From Phaeosaccion multiseriatum (lineage: Eukaryota > Protista > Ochrophyta, other classes), in assembly GCA_965112735.1 (NCBI GenBank), contig OZ218955.1, positions 1,302,001 through 1,366,000 of the forward strand: a stretch of 64,000 nucleotides of DNA, read 5' to 3'. The notes under the pieces were generated by a model. That model was given only the letters and a program-made list of their open reading frames with translations. It was not told the DNA's origin and made no database searches. How positions within the stretch are numbered: position 1 is the first letter of the stretch; every line of letters begins with the position of its first letter. Positions 1 through 16,486 of this stretch are shown here, one piece after another. Made by a program: the position numbers and the translations under genes.

Positions 1-327
1 TGCCAATCAGCCTCGAAGGCCGTGTTCACCTGTGGTCAGTTTCAGGTTCAGTTTCAGTTCCAGCTCATTGAGATTGGTATTGACATGAATGTGAGATTGG
101 CATGGAATGCATCCTCTGTGGTTAAGTCGCACGAAACGAGTCCAAGCAAGTTAGTTGCCTGCCAGCTGGTGCCGTCCGAAAGACAGAAAGAAGCCTGACC
201 AACCATCGACTATTGACTAGCGAGTTTTGAGCCATGACACTATGACTGACTGATTGACGGACTGACTGACTCACTGACTGACTGATTGACGGACTGACTG
301 ACTCACTGACTGACTGACTGACTGACT

Positions 328-359
<32 letters not shown>

Positions 360-2283
360 GACTGACTGACTGACTGACTGACTGACTGACTGACTGACTG
401 ACTGACTGACTGACTGACTGACTGACTGACTGACTGACTGACTGACTGACTGACTGACTGACTGACTGACTGACTGACTGACTGACTGGCTGACCTTGAT
501 CTTGGAGAGCAGCTGTGAGTGCATGATGTGCCTCATGCCGTGGGCCTTCTCTCGAGCTACGGCGGCCTCTCGGTCCGCGATGGCGCGTTCTTTCCGCTTC
601 TTCATGTCGTCAAGGGCCCTGTGTGTATTTGGCGTTGCATACGGTTACATACGTTACAATAGGACCGAGCGAGCACACACGCGTCTTGTGTGTGAGTATA
701 TGGGTGTGTAGGTGTGGATACGTTTGGGTGGGCGGGTGCAGGTGTATGGGTTGGCTTGTACGTCGTGAAAGGGATATGCGAGGGGTGCGCCGCCGCAGGC
801 GGAAGAGCGAGACTTGCGTACACACGGCAGCACAAGAAGGCGATGGTGGTGGGTATTCGAGAGGGGTCATTCCGAGTAGGCAGGTATGGTACGCACTCAC
901 TTGAACTCTTCTGACAGAGCTTCTGTCTTGCGCTTCTCCGTGTGCGGGCTGGTGTTGAAGGCGATGTACATCCAGCGATCGCTGTCAGTTGTTGCGTTGT
1001 TGATTGTGGGGGACACCCATGGTGGGCAAGTAGAGAGAAAGAGAGAGGGAGAGAGAGGGAGGGAGAGAGAGAGAGAGAGGGAGACAGCGAGAGGAATGAG
1101 CAAAAAACCCAACGCCTGCGATCTCCTCACATACGCATCATGTGTACATGCCTCAATCCGGCGACAGCAGCCCCCTGCTCCTGGTGCACCCACGCAAACA
1201 CACAAACAGGCACGCACGTACGCACGCACGCACCCACCCACGCACCCACCATTCCGGAGTGCCGATGTGGTCCACCGCGATGCTATTTGTGAGTCGTATT
1301 CGGACCATCTCTCCGTCCTTCAGCTCGTCAGCGAGGAGCTTGTCGGGGTGGTAGAAGGGGGTCTCATGTGTCCACACACGAGAGGGGAGCAGTTCGGAGC
1401 TGGCCAGTGGTGAGCGCATGCACGGTGTGAGCTCCCGGTGTCTGTGGGAGGAGGAGGAGGAGGAGGAGGAGGAGGAGGAGGAGGAGGAGGAGGAGGAGGA
1501 GGAGGAGGAGGAGGAGGAGGAGGAGGAGGAGGAGGAGGAGGAGGAGCAGCAGCAGCAGCAGGAGGAGGAGGAGGAGGAGGAGGAGGAGGAGGAGGAGGAG
1601 GAGGAGCAGGAGGAGGAGGAGCAGGAGGAGGAGGAGGAGGAGGAGGAGCAGGAGGAGGAGGAGGAGGAGGAGGAGGAGGAGGAGGAGGAGGAGGAGGAGG
1701 AGGAGGAGGAGGAGGAGGAGGAGGAGGAGGAGGAGGAGGAGGAGGAGGAGGAGGAGGAGGGGATGGCACCACAAGGGATCGAGGCGGCGAAACGGGTAGA
1801 AGACGCAGAGCACAGTAGGTATGAGCCATCGGACTGGCACGGAGTGAAGTGGGAAACTATCCGCAGGGGGGCGGGAGGGCCGTGGTGGTGAGCTCACTTG
1901 AGCATGTAGTAGCCCCCCCCCCTCCACCCCTGGCTGTTCAACCCCCCCCGAAAGGTCTACCCGAGTCAACAGCTCTCAGCGCTCTCAGTACCGACCTGCG
2001 ATGTCCGCGAATTCGGGACTGCATGGTGAAGCGGTGTGCAGCTGCCAGACCGAGCCACTTGAACGTCTTGCGCCCGTCCCCGCAGGGCAGGTTCATGACC
2101 AGCTCCTCCGACCCGAACTCGATGCAAACCTGCTCGACGATAGGACAAGAGCCCAGTGTATTGCAGTGTTGTAGGCATCGAGGGCAATAGAGAAGGGAAG
2201 GCCGAGCGCAATGACAAATGTGTCAGTCAAACACAATCCTGTCTTGAAGTCCTCTCGAAGCCATTCTGTACCTTGACTTTCAT
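1..2283 (-). CDS. Multi-exon hypothetical protein, 3' end runs off the window
   Basis: Exons bounded by GT/AG that read as continuous protein: MKVK (2283-2272) | VCIEFGSEELVMNLPCGDGRKTFKWLGLAAAHRFTMQSRIRG.. (~2129-1900) | ..TPFYHPDKLLADELKDGEMVRIRLTNSIAVDHIGTPEW (~1440-1251) | DRWMYIAFNTSPHTEKRKTEALSEEFK (~981-901) | ALDDMKKRKERAIADREAAVAREKAHGMRHIMHSQLLSKIK (618-496) | VNTAFEADW (<30). Start codon uncertain and no family recognised. Confidence 0.6.
243..495. repeat. (CTGA)n tetranucleotide microsatellite (intronic)
   Basis: Visible tandem actg/gact run directly after the minus-strand donor at 495. Confidence 0.95.
1447..1760. repeat. (GAG)n trinucleotide microsatellite with CAG interruptions (intronic)
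   Basis: Visible run. It accounts for the poly-E/G/P/L ORFs in the track. Confidence 0.95.
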
Positions 2284-2704
2284 AGCAGCCCTTCTGCTTG
2301 GGCCACGCCTCAGCTCAACTTGATTGGCGTCCTTTTGCTTTTCACAACTCTCCCCTCTGAGCATCCAAGCGCGCTTGTCCGACGGCGGGGCTTTGAAACT
2401 GTACGTTTTGGTGCGTGGATGCGAAAGGGGCACCTTCCAGGCCCTTTTCGCGGCTCCTTTCACTGCTGCCCTCCTCCCAGCTCATTCTCTAGCTACAGCC
2501 TGCTGCTGCTATTTCGCAGGACCTACGCTTTTGGCTTACAGCACCACATCGTCGCCACACATCATGCTGGCGGACGCACACCCTTTAGATACCTGACCAT
2601 GTTGGAAGGGAAGCGCAGCTCAATTGACTGACGAACTTATGTGATACACACCTCTTGCTCCTCTCCTCTTTTTCCCGTGTTCACCCTCCCCCGGGCCAAT
2701 CGTC

Positions 2705-3790
2705 TTGAGCAAGCCATCTCCGCCCGGCGGGCAGAGCCTCCACCAGCAGTGGGTGGAAGCGGCCGTGAGGGCCCTCCTTCGCAAGAACGGCAGGAGGAAA
2801 GCATGCTTGGACGATCCCCTCAATGAGTATAGAGAAACGGCTCTAGTGGTGGCCTCTAGGGACGGGGCTTCTGGGGCGGTGTGCGCTCTTCTCTCTGCCG
2901 GTGCGAGAGGTCAAAGAAGGGGTGCGGAGTCGGAGGGCGGAGGAAGAGGCAGCGGCGAGCGCCAAGGCGAGCTGCTTGACTTCCCAGATGCACCAGCAGT
3001 GGGCTGAGGAGGGGAGAGGGGGAGGTGGGGGGGGAAGGGAAGGAGGTGGAGGGGGAGGAAGGGAAGGAGGAAAAGGAGGATGGGGGGGAGGGGGTGAGGT
3101 TGTGGTGCGCCAGGGTGGATTCTGAGAATGGTAAGGGCCACACACATACACACACATGACAAATAGATGGAGCGAAGGTGGGTTATACAGCCTTGCTCTT
3201 CGCCTCCGGGGTCGGCCATCCTACTGTGGTGCAGCAGCCTGTGTCTGTCTGCCGGCGGGAATGTGAAGTAGGCGAGGAAGACAGCGGCGGGGGACGGCGC
3301 TTCATGAAGCTTCTTTTCGAGGACATGACGGGGTGGCGCAGCAGCTGCCCTGCACTGGTGCAGATTTCGAATGGATTGCTCTAGACGGGGCCACAGCTTT
3401 GTTTTTGGCCTCCCGGGACGGGCATCATTCAGTTGAGCGCAAGTTGCTGCGTCGGCAGGCGCTGATCCCATCATGTGATGGCAGAGATACTGAACACACA
3501 CGCCCCTTGTTGTTGTTGGCCCCAACTGACGGGCACCACAGGGTCATGCAGCTGCTTCTCACCTCTAGGGCAGATGCGAATGTGGCAACCCACGCGGGTG
3601 TGCTTCCCCTTGGTGATGCAAGCTCGAAGGGATACGAACTTGCAGTAAAGCAGCTCCTGTCTTTTCATGCTGGAGTCGACGGCCGTGCTTGTAACGGGTT
3701 GGGAAAAGCTGCGCTGATCTGATGACGGCATCTCTCAGAGAGGGCACCCAAGGGTTGTGCGAAGCCTACTCAGAGCTGATGCAGAGGTGC
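2705..3790 (+). pseudogene. Decayed ankyrin-repeat gene (A0), distant member of the local family
   Basis: Fragments in different frames: VRALLRKNGRRKACLDDPLNEYRETALVVASRDG (cf. family VRKLVSKHGKASLDQPI), GYTALLFASGVGHPTVVQQ, GATALFLASRDGHHSV, GVLPLGDASSKGYELAVKQLL. Frameshifts and stops separate the fragments. Confidence 0.65.
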
Positions 3791-4616
3791 ATATGATTGG
3801 CGACAGGGAGTTTAGAGCAATGCTCTCGGGTTGTAAATAGTCAGCTACTGGTACGTGTATTAATACAGCTTAACCCGAGAGCAAGCCTGCTGGCCGCTCT
3901 GTCCTTACACAACCCGTTGGTGGTGAAAGTAGTAGACGTATGCAGCCATTGGTACAACAACAGAATATAAAGTGGGTGGGGTTTGGAACGACTGCAGAGG
4001 GAGGCAAAATTAAGCCCAACCGAGTAGCTCAGCTCAGCTCAGCTCAGTTCAGCTCAGCTCAGCGAGGCAAGCGCCAAGGGGGCTTCCCTACTTGCCAACA
4101 CTGAACAGCAAAAATGCGCAACACGGTTGGCAACGCCCGCCCCCGCACTACCCTCTAATCCGTACACACAAAAGAGAGGAGGGTGGGCAAGCAAGAAAGC
4201 GGAGCAAACAAACAAGCACTTTCCTCCTCCTCCTCCTCCTCCTCCTCTTCCTCCTCCTCCCCCTCCTCCTCCTCCCGGCAACGACTGTAACGACCATTGT
4301 ACCCCGGCGCACCACACCCCCTCCAAGAAGGGCCCACTTTACTTCTCATGCTACACTTTACTTCCGTGCGTCCCTCGGCGGTGGTGGAGGGAGGGGGAAT
4401 GGAAATGCGGGGGAAAAGGCGGGAAAAGGGAAGGGAGAGAAAGTCCTACTTTACATCCACCGTCTTCTCAGCCAATCAAAAGACGAGCCGTGAACAACAC
4501 CCGACCTTCTCCGACAGGTCATATCAGAGTCTCTCAGACTCTCTCAGCCTGGTGTCAGATCAGGCCCTCTCAACGTAAGCTTACGTAATGCTCCCCCCCC
4601 CCCTAGACCCTCATTC

Positions 4617-9802
<5,186 letters not shown>

Positions 9803-10246
9803 CCTCCCCCCCCTTCCTTGCCTTTGCCTTTCACTCTGGACCAATCAGCCCACTCGTGCCAAAATTGTAGCTCTCTTCCCGTCTCCAAGGAGGCGGCTTA
9901 CCTGGGTTGAGTGCTACTGTAGCCTAGAGGATTGAGTGCTACTGTAGCCGAGAGATGTGCTTCCGTGGGGGGGGGGCAAACTCGGGCAAACTCGGTTCAA
10001 AACAAGTCTCTGGGTTCGCAGGCAATGAGGACAGAGACAGCAACCAGAGGAACTTTCACTCCTTGGCAAATCGTTCCCACTGTAGGCAGAACGTGTCCAG
10101 GGAGAGGTTGACAGAACGACGGCCAGGACGATAATATTATACATACCAGGACCGAAAGAGGTTGAGGAAAGGAGTAAGGCAACGAATTTTTTCCTCCTTT
10201 ATACGCCTCTTCTGAGAACTGAGTTGTGGTGCTTGCTCACGTTACG

Positions 10247-11799
10247 ATGGCGCAGAATATAGCCCCCGAGGTAAGGGTGGAGGTTTTTGTGATGGGACGG
10301 GTCTGTAAAAGAAAATGAGAGCGGGAGACCCTGTTCCATTCCTTTTCCCACCACTCCTCCTTCCTTTCTTTTTCCTTTCTCTTCAGGCTGTGCGACTCCG
10401 TCAGGCCATCAGCGTGGTGGAAAGCCTCTCCAGTGTGAAAGCGCAGGTTAGGAAGCTTGTATCAAGGCACGGTAAGGCGATCTTGGATCAGCCTGTCGAC
10501 GAAGAAGGCTGTCCGGCTATGATATGGGCTGTGGGATGCAACCGACTGGATGTCGTTGACCTTCTGCTGCAGGAGGGGGCCTCCTTCAGCACCGGGGGAG
10601 GGTCGCACGGGACCACGCCATTGATAGAGGCTAGCTTTCGGGGACACAACGAAGTGGTGAGGCGGCTGTTGGATATCGGGGCCCGTGTAGACCAGGTCGA
10701 TCTCAACGGGATGACGCCTTTGATTGCGGCTGCCACTAAAGGGCGCTTCACAACTGTGCAGCACCTCCTTCTGGCGGGGGCCGGTGTCAATGCTGCTGAT
10801 AATGAGGGATGTACTTCGATCTGGATGGCATCTCAGAATGGGCACACCTCCGTGGTGGAGCAGCTCATTGCAGCGGACGCGGATGTGGACAGACCCAGCC
10901 ATCGCGGAGTGACTCCACTCTTCGTGGCGTCCCGCGACGGGCATGGGAGTGTGGTAAAGAAGCTCATTGGGGCCAACGCCACCATCGACAAGGCTGGTGA
11001 CCAAGGCTTGACTCCACTCTTCGCAGCCTCGGCGCACGGTCACGCGTCCATCGTGCAGCAGCTTCTCGATGAGCATGCCAACGTGCATGCCAGGAACAGC
11101 AAGGGCTGTACTCCTCTCACAGTCGCTGCTCACAGAGGACGCTTGGCCGTGGTGAAGTTCCTTTTGGCTGCAGGGGCGGATGTAATCGCGTCTAACCTCG
11201 AGGGCTTCACTCCTCTGCACATGGCTGCTCAAGAAGGTCACGACGCCGTGGTGGAGCAGCTTCTTTCTGCGGGAGCAAAGGTGGAGACAAGGGCCAACAA
11301 CGGTGCAACACCCCTCCACATGGCTGCTCTACAAGGTCACGACGCCGTGGTTAGGCGCCTTCTCTCCGCAGGAGCAAAGGCGGAGACAACGGCAAGCGAC
11401 GGTACAACACCCCTCCTCCTTGCTGCTCAACAAGGTCACGACGCCGTCGTCGCTCGTCTCATCTCTGCGGGATGCCCGATCGATGCCCAGAGATCGAACG
11501 GCTGCACCCCACTGCATACCGCCATCTACTATGGCCACCATGGCATTGCACGGCAGCTCCTGTCGGCCGATGCCTCGGTGGACAAGGCCTTGGCTGCGGC
11601 ACGGCGGAATGGACTGAGCCCTGAGATTGAGCAGCCGCTCAGAGACGCAGCAGCGGCCTTCTTCCGATCGCAGAGTACACTGGACCTGATGCGAAGGACC
11701 GATCCGACCTTCGGCAAGGAGAGGGGGATGCCGCCGCTGGAGAGGCCCTGGAGTGTCGGGAGCGAGACGTGGGAGAGCATGGCGGAGGAAATGAGCTGA
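10247..11799 (+). CDS. Ankyrin-repeat protein A1 (11 repeats + conserved tail, ~478 aa)
   Basis: Exon 1 10247-10270 (MAQNIAPE|GT), acceptor CAG at 10386, exon 2 10387-11799 in frame. 11 G-x-TPL..AA..GH units, ending RDAAAAFFRSQSTLDLMRRTDPTF..PPLERPWSVGSETWESMAEEMS. Confidence 0.9.
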
Positions 11800-12387
11800 G
11801 AGGGGAAGGAGAGACGAGGGGGGGGGGTCCTAGGAATGGCGCCATGCCGCAGCATGAGCGAGAAGGGCGGGAAGCCTTCGCGCAACGAGGACGCAACGGG
11901 GACGAGGCATGCAATAGCAGACTGACTGAGTGGCACGTATGTGAAAGCGGGAGAGCAGGCAGCACGATGGGTGATAAGGAGGGGTGCGGTGGCTCGCGCC
12001 TGACGACGCTTGGAGAGAGGCGTCGTGCTCCGTTCGTCAGGGAAGGAACGAGGGGGGAGAGGGTAGAAGGTGTGGTGCAGAGGGGCAGGGGACCGCAGAG
12101 AGAGAGTGCCTCTATGCACAGTGCGAGCGAAACAATAGTGGGCGGTGCTATAGACGTGCTACGATAAAAGGGCATTTGTTTTTGTTTTACAACATTACCC
12201 TTTGCTAACATAAACACAATGAAAGCAAACTCCGAGATCTGTGCCGTCCTCTCATCTGTGCTTCAGATTCAAAAAAAGGCTCCTCGCTTGTAGTGGGGCA
12301 CGTCTGGGTGAGGAGCGGTTTTGTCTTGAGTCAGAAAGGAGCCTGCAAGGTTGCCGCCGGCTCTTGCCTAGCTTATCATTGCGTTTG

Positions 12388-12906
12388 GCGGACACAGGGA
12401 CCAACGATGGTGCAACACCCCTCCTTCTTGCTGCTCAGGAAGGTCACGAGGCCGTGGTGGAGCGGCTTCTTTCTGCCGGAGCACGGGTGGAGACAGCGGC
12501 CAACGACGGTATAACACCTCTCCACCTTGCTGCTGAAGAAGGTCACGAGGCCGTGGTGGAGCGGCTTCTTTCTGCGGGATCCCCCATCGATGCCCAGATA
12601 TTGGACGGCAGCACCCCTCAGCTTCTCGCCATCTCCAAGGGCCACCATGGCACTGTGCGGCAGCTCCTTTCGGCCGATGCCTCGGTGGACAAGGCCTTGG
12701 CTGGGGCACGGAGGTACCATCTGGCCCCCGTAATGGAGCAGCGAATCAGAGATACGGCGGCAGCCTTCTTCCGATCTCAAAGCGCATTGGACTTTATGCG
12801 AAGGACTGACCCGACCTTCTGGAAGGAGAGGGGGATGCCGCCGCTGGAGAGGCCCTGGAGTGTCGGGAGCGAGGTGTGGGAGAGCATGGCGGAGGAAATG
12901 AGCTGA
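12388..12906 (+). pseudogene. 5'-deleted ankyrin cassette A2 (last 3 repeats + conserved tail, frame open)
   Basis: The family upstream element (ctcgcttgtagtggggcacg..gtcttgagtcag, ~12280-12375) is fused directly to internal repeat sequence GTNDGATPLLLAAQEGH. No exon 1 and no N-terminal repeats. Confidence 0.75.
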
Positions 12907-14091
12907 AAGGGCGAAGGAGCACCGAGGGAGGAGCGCTACGAGGGACGGCAGGCCGCAACACGAGCGAGGTGGGCGGGAGTGCTTGGCCTTCGAGCAACAA
13001 CGGGGACGGGCTATCACGAGAAAGCACCTGGAGCAGCGGTGCATGGTGACCGGAGAGCCAGCAGCGCGAGCGGTGCGAAGGAGGTGGTTCTGCTCTAGGG
13101 CCTGAGGACGCTTGGAAGGAGCTCCGTGCGTCGTTCGACAGGGAAGGAGGGGCATGTGGTGTGGGGGCTCAATGGACCGCAGAGGGAGGGTGCCTCTGTA
13201 GAATGGCTGTGCGAGCGGAACAATAGAGGGTGTGCTCTAGACGTTTGAGGGTTTTGAAAGGTGGGGCTAGGCCAGCGAGGGGAGACTTTCTTCTACGTAA
13301 GGCGCACGCGCACACATACGAGTAGTAGTAGTAGTAGTAGAAGAACCGAGAAAGTGGAAGAGTGGGCCTCGCTCACGCCACAATCATGAATACAGAAAGC
13401 CTTCCGCGCTGTGAGTCGTCGAGCGGTGCCTTCACTTACAGTAGAGCACCCGAGTCACACACGTCTCGCTACCCTTTTTGAAAGGCATTGGCTTAGCATT
13501 AAAAGGAAAAAGGGAGGGAAGAGTTTGGGCCATTGACATGGGGCGATTCTTGGCGACGGCTTCAACAACGCCTCTACATTGTAGGTGTCAAAGGGACGAA
13601 GGGAAGACCGCAACAGGCATAGAGTGACAAGCTTTTGGCCTGAACCCTCCTCCCTCTTCATTTAGTGGGTGGGGCACGGCTGGGGGAGGAGGGGCTTGTC
13701 TATTGGTCACCCCCGCTCTCTCTCTCTCTCTCCCTCGCCCGACTCGCGCTGTTGCGTTGCCTCCTTTCCACAGAAGGTCCTGATAGGCAGAGCGCGACAA
13801 GCTACTGAGAGAGCCCTCCTTCCTCTTCGCTTGCAGTGTGGCTCGTCTGGGGGGGGGAGGGGAGCTTGTCTTGAGGCAGGAAGGGGCTAGCTTGGTTCCG
13901 CCCGCTCTCAACTAGCTCAGCGCTGCTTTGGCCTCCTTCCCCCCTTTTTTGGGTAGTCAGAGTAAGTGAGAGTCGTCCCTCCTGTCCGTCTTCGTGCGAC
14001 ACGCTTGGGAGAGGAGGGCATCGCCTGGTTTCCTCTGACTATCAGCCACCCCCCGCCCCCAACGCTCCTCCTGAGAGAGACTGATCATCAT

Positions 14092-15699
14092 ATGGCGCAG
14101 CAGGCCGTATCGTCCGAGGTAAGGCGCAACAGGGGCTCGCTCTGTGGTCTGTCGTAGGAACAAGGTGGATAATGCGGGACGAAGTTATGCTCTCTCGTGG
14201 GAGTGCTCGCGGTAGGCTGAGAGACACATCAATGTTTCTTCCAGCACAGCGTGCCCAGCGTGATCTTTTATGCGTTAACGCGTCGCTTGCGTCTCCTTTA
14301 ACACTAGGCACGGCAACTCCGCAAGGCTATCGACAGAGGAGAGAGCTTCGAAGCGGTGAAAGCGCTGGTCAGGATGCTCGTCGCAAAGCGCGGCAAGGCG
14401 AGCTTGGATCAGCGTATCGACAAGGAGGGCTTTACCCCTATGATGTCGGCTGCGTCACATGGTCGAGGGGACATATTGCTGCATCTGCGGCAGAACAACG
14501 CCTCGCTCAGCCTTGGGGGAGGGCCGCACGGTAACACGCCACTGATAGAGGCTAGCGCGAAAGGACATAGCCAGGTGGTGAGGTGGCTGGTGATAGTAGG
14601 AGCCGATTACAACCAAACGAATCACTACGGGGCAACGCCTTTGATTCATGCGGCAGCGAGCGGGCATTCCACGACTGTGCAGCAGCTCCTTTCGGTACGG
14701 ACTGATGCCGATCCCAGCGAAGCCGAGAGGCCGGGATTCTCTCCGATATGGCTGAATTCTGCACAGCCTGGTGTCAATGTCAACGCAGCCGAGAGGCAGG
14801 GATTTACTGCGATCTGGCTGGCTTCTCAAAATGGGCACACCTCCATCGTAGAGCAGCTCATTGCAGCCGACGCGGATGTGGACACACCCGACCATCGCGG
14901 AAGGACTCCACTACTGCAGGCGTCAATGCACGGGCGTGAGAGAGTGGTGCAGGCGCTCATCACGGCCAAAGCAAACATCGACAGGGCCGATGACAGAGGC
15001 TTCACTCCACTCTTCGCAGCCTCACTGCAGGGCCATGCTTCCATCGTTCAACAGCTTGTCGATGCGGGTACCAGCGTGGACGCCAGGACCAACACGGGTA
15101 CCACTCCCCTCATGACCGCCATTCGGAGTGGGCACTTGATGGCGATGGAGATACTTTTTGCGGCGAGAGCCGATGTACATGCACGTGACACCCAGGGTCG
15201 GAGTGCTCTGCATTTTGCCGCTCAAGAAGGTCACGACGCCGTGGTGGAGCGGCTCCTCTCTACAGGAGTGAATGTGGAGACAGCGACCAAAGATGGCTTC
15301 ACTCCTCTTCACTATGCCGCCCAAGGAGGTCACAACGATGTGGTGGAGCGCCTTCTCTCGCAAAATGCATCCGTGCGAACAGGGGCCAAATACGGCGCAA
15401 TTCCCCTTCACTATGCTGCGCAGAATGGGCACGAGGCCGTCGTTGCTCGTCTCATCTCTGCGGGATCTCCCATTGACGCCGAGACGATGGGCGGACACAC
15501 CCCGCTGCTTGTCGCCTTGTGCACTGAGCAGCCGGGCACTGTACGGCAGCTCCTCGCAGCCAATGCTTCGCTGGACAAGGCCTTGGCTAAGCTTGCTCAA
15601 CAGCGGAGCCACGCACGGGCTAGGGGAGAGCGGAATCAGTTGGACCCCGTGGTTGAGCAACGACGTGAACAGGCGCGCCGCGCGTCGCTCGACACGTGA
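14092..15699 (+). CDS. Ankyrin-repeat protein A3 (11 repeats, divergent, lacks the conserved tail)
   Basis: Exon 1 14092-14118 (MAQQAVSSE|GTAAGG), acceptor TAG at 14307, exon 2 14308-15699 in frame. The C-terminus diverges after ASLDKALA. Confidence 0.87.
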
Positions 15700-16486
15700 T
15701 GAGGCGAGCAGGAAGAGAGTGATGAGCGAGCAGGAAGAGAGAGGTGTGGGGCAGGGGAGCTGCGGTAGTAGACACAGAGGAAACGTACAGAGCTAGTGAC
15801 AGTATGATATGCACACAAGTGAAAGTAGCGGGAGAAGGGAATGGGGGAAAGCGGCGAAAAAACAGTCGAGAGCAAAAAATGATACTTGTCTTTGCATTGG
15901 CTGATGGAAAGGCCCTCTGTACCACCACGGGTCGTCGTCGAGTGGGGTGTATTCAGTTCAGCCGAGAGCGTCACTCTCGAGTGGACTCGCACTGCCTCTG
16001 CTCGGCAATGGGTCTCCGAGTCACGGCCATCTCGCTGTCCCCCATTGGGACCTCTCGCCCCTCCGCCCCCCCACACCGGGGAGACTTCGTCCAGCAAAAT
16101 TGCTGCCCTTCGCAGCTGAGAGGGCTTGGGCACCTTCCCAAGGGACAGGGCTGCGAATGTGTACAGAGCCATTGGCAACGCTATTGACTCTGGGGAGAGC
16201 TGTGCTTCCTCTTCGCTATTCACTTTGAGTACGACGCACACCCTGGGGAAGGAGGGGCTCCGCTCCCCTGGGGAGGTTGCCTGGTCAGCAGTATGCGCTC
16301 CTCCTGTGGCGGACCAAGCCCACGCCGTCAAGCCATCACCATGCAGCAGCAGGCTTCGGCCGCAGCCTCTGCCCGGTCTGTCCAAGGGCAAGGGGCGGGG
16401 AGGTAGACGCCAAAAGCCATGGTACCTACAGTCACAATGCCGCCTCGTGAGCAATCATCCGGTAATCAGATGATCCGATCGCTGAG

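Noticed and set aside
1320-1969. Poly-P/L/E/G ORFs, and likewise the (SQSV)n, (GGRE)n, (HSLT)n and poly-W/G/V ORFs at 303, 27763, 43539 and 61848+
   Set aside because: These are translations of microsatellites.
15636-16454. 272-aa minus-strand ORF downstream of GH16
   Set aside because: No recognisable domain, non-ATG start, and partly homologous to non-coding inter-ankyrin spacers.
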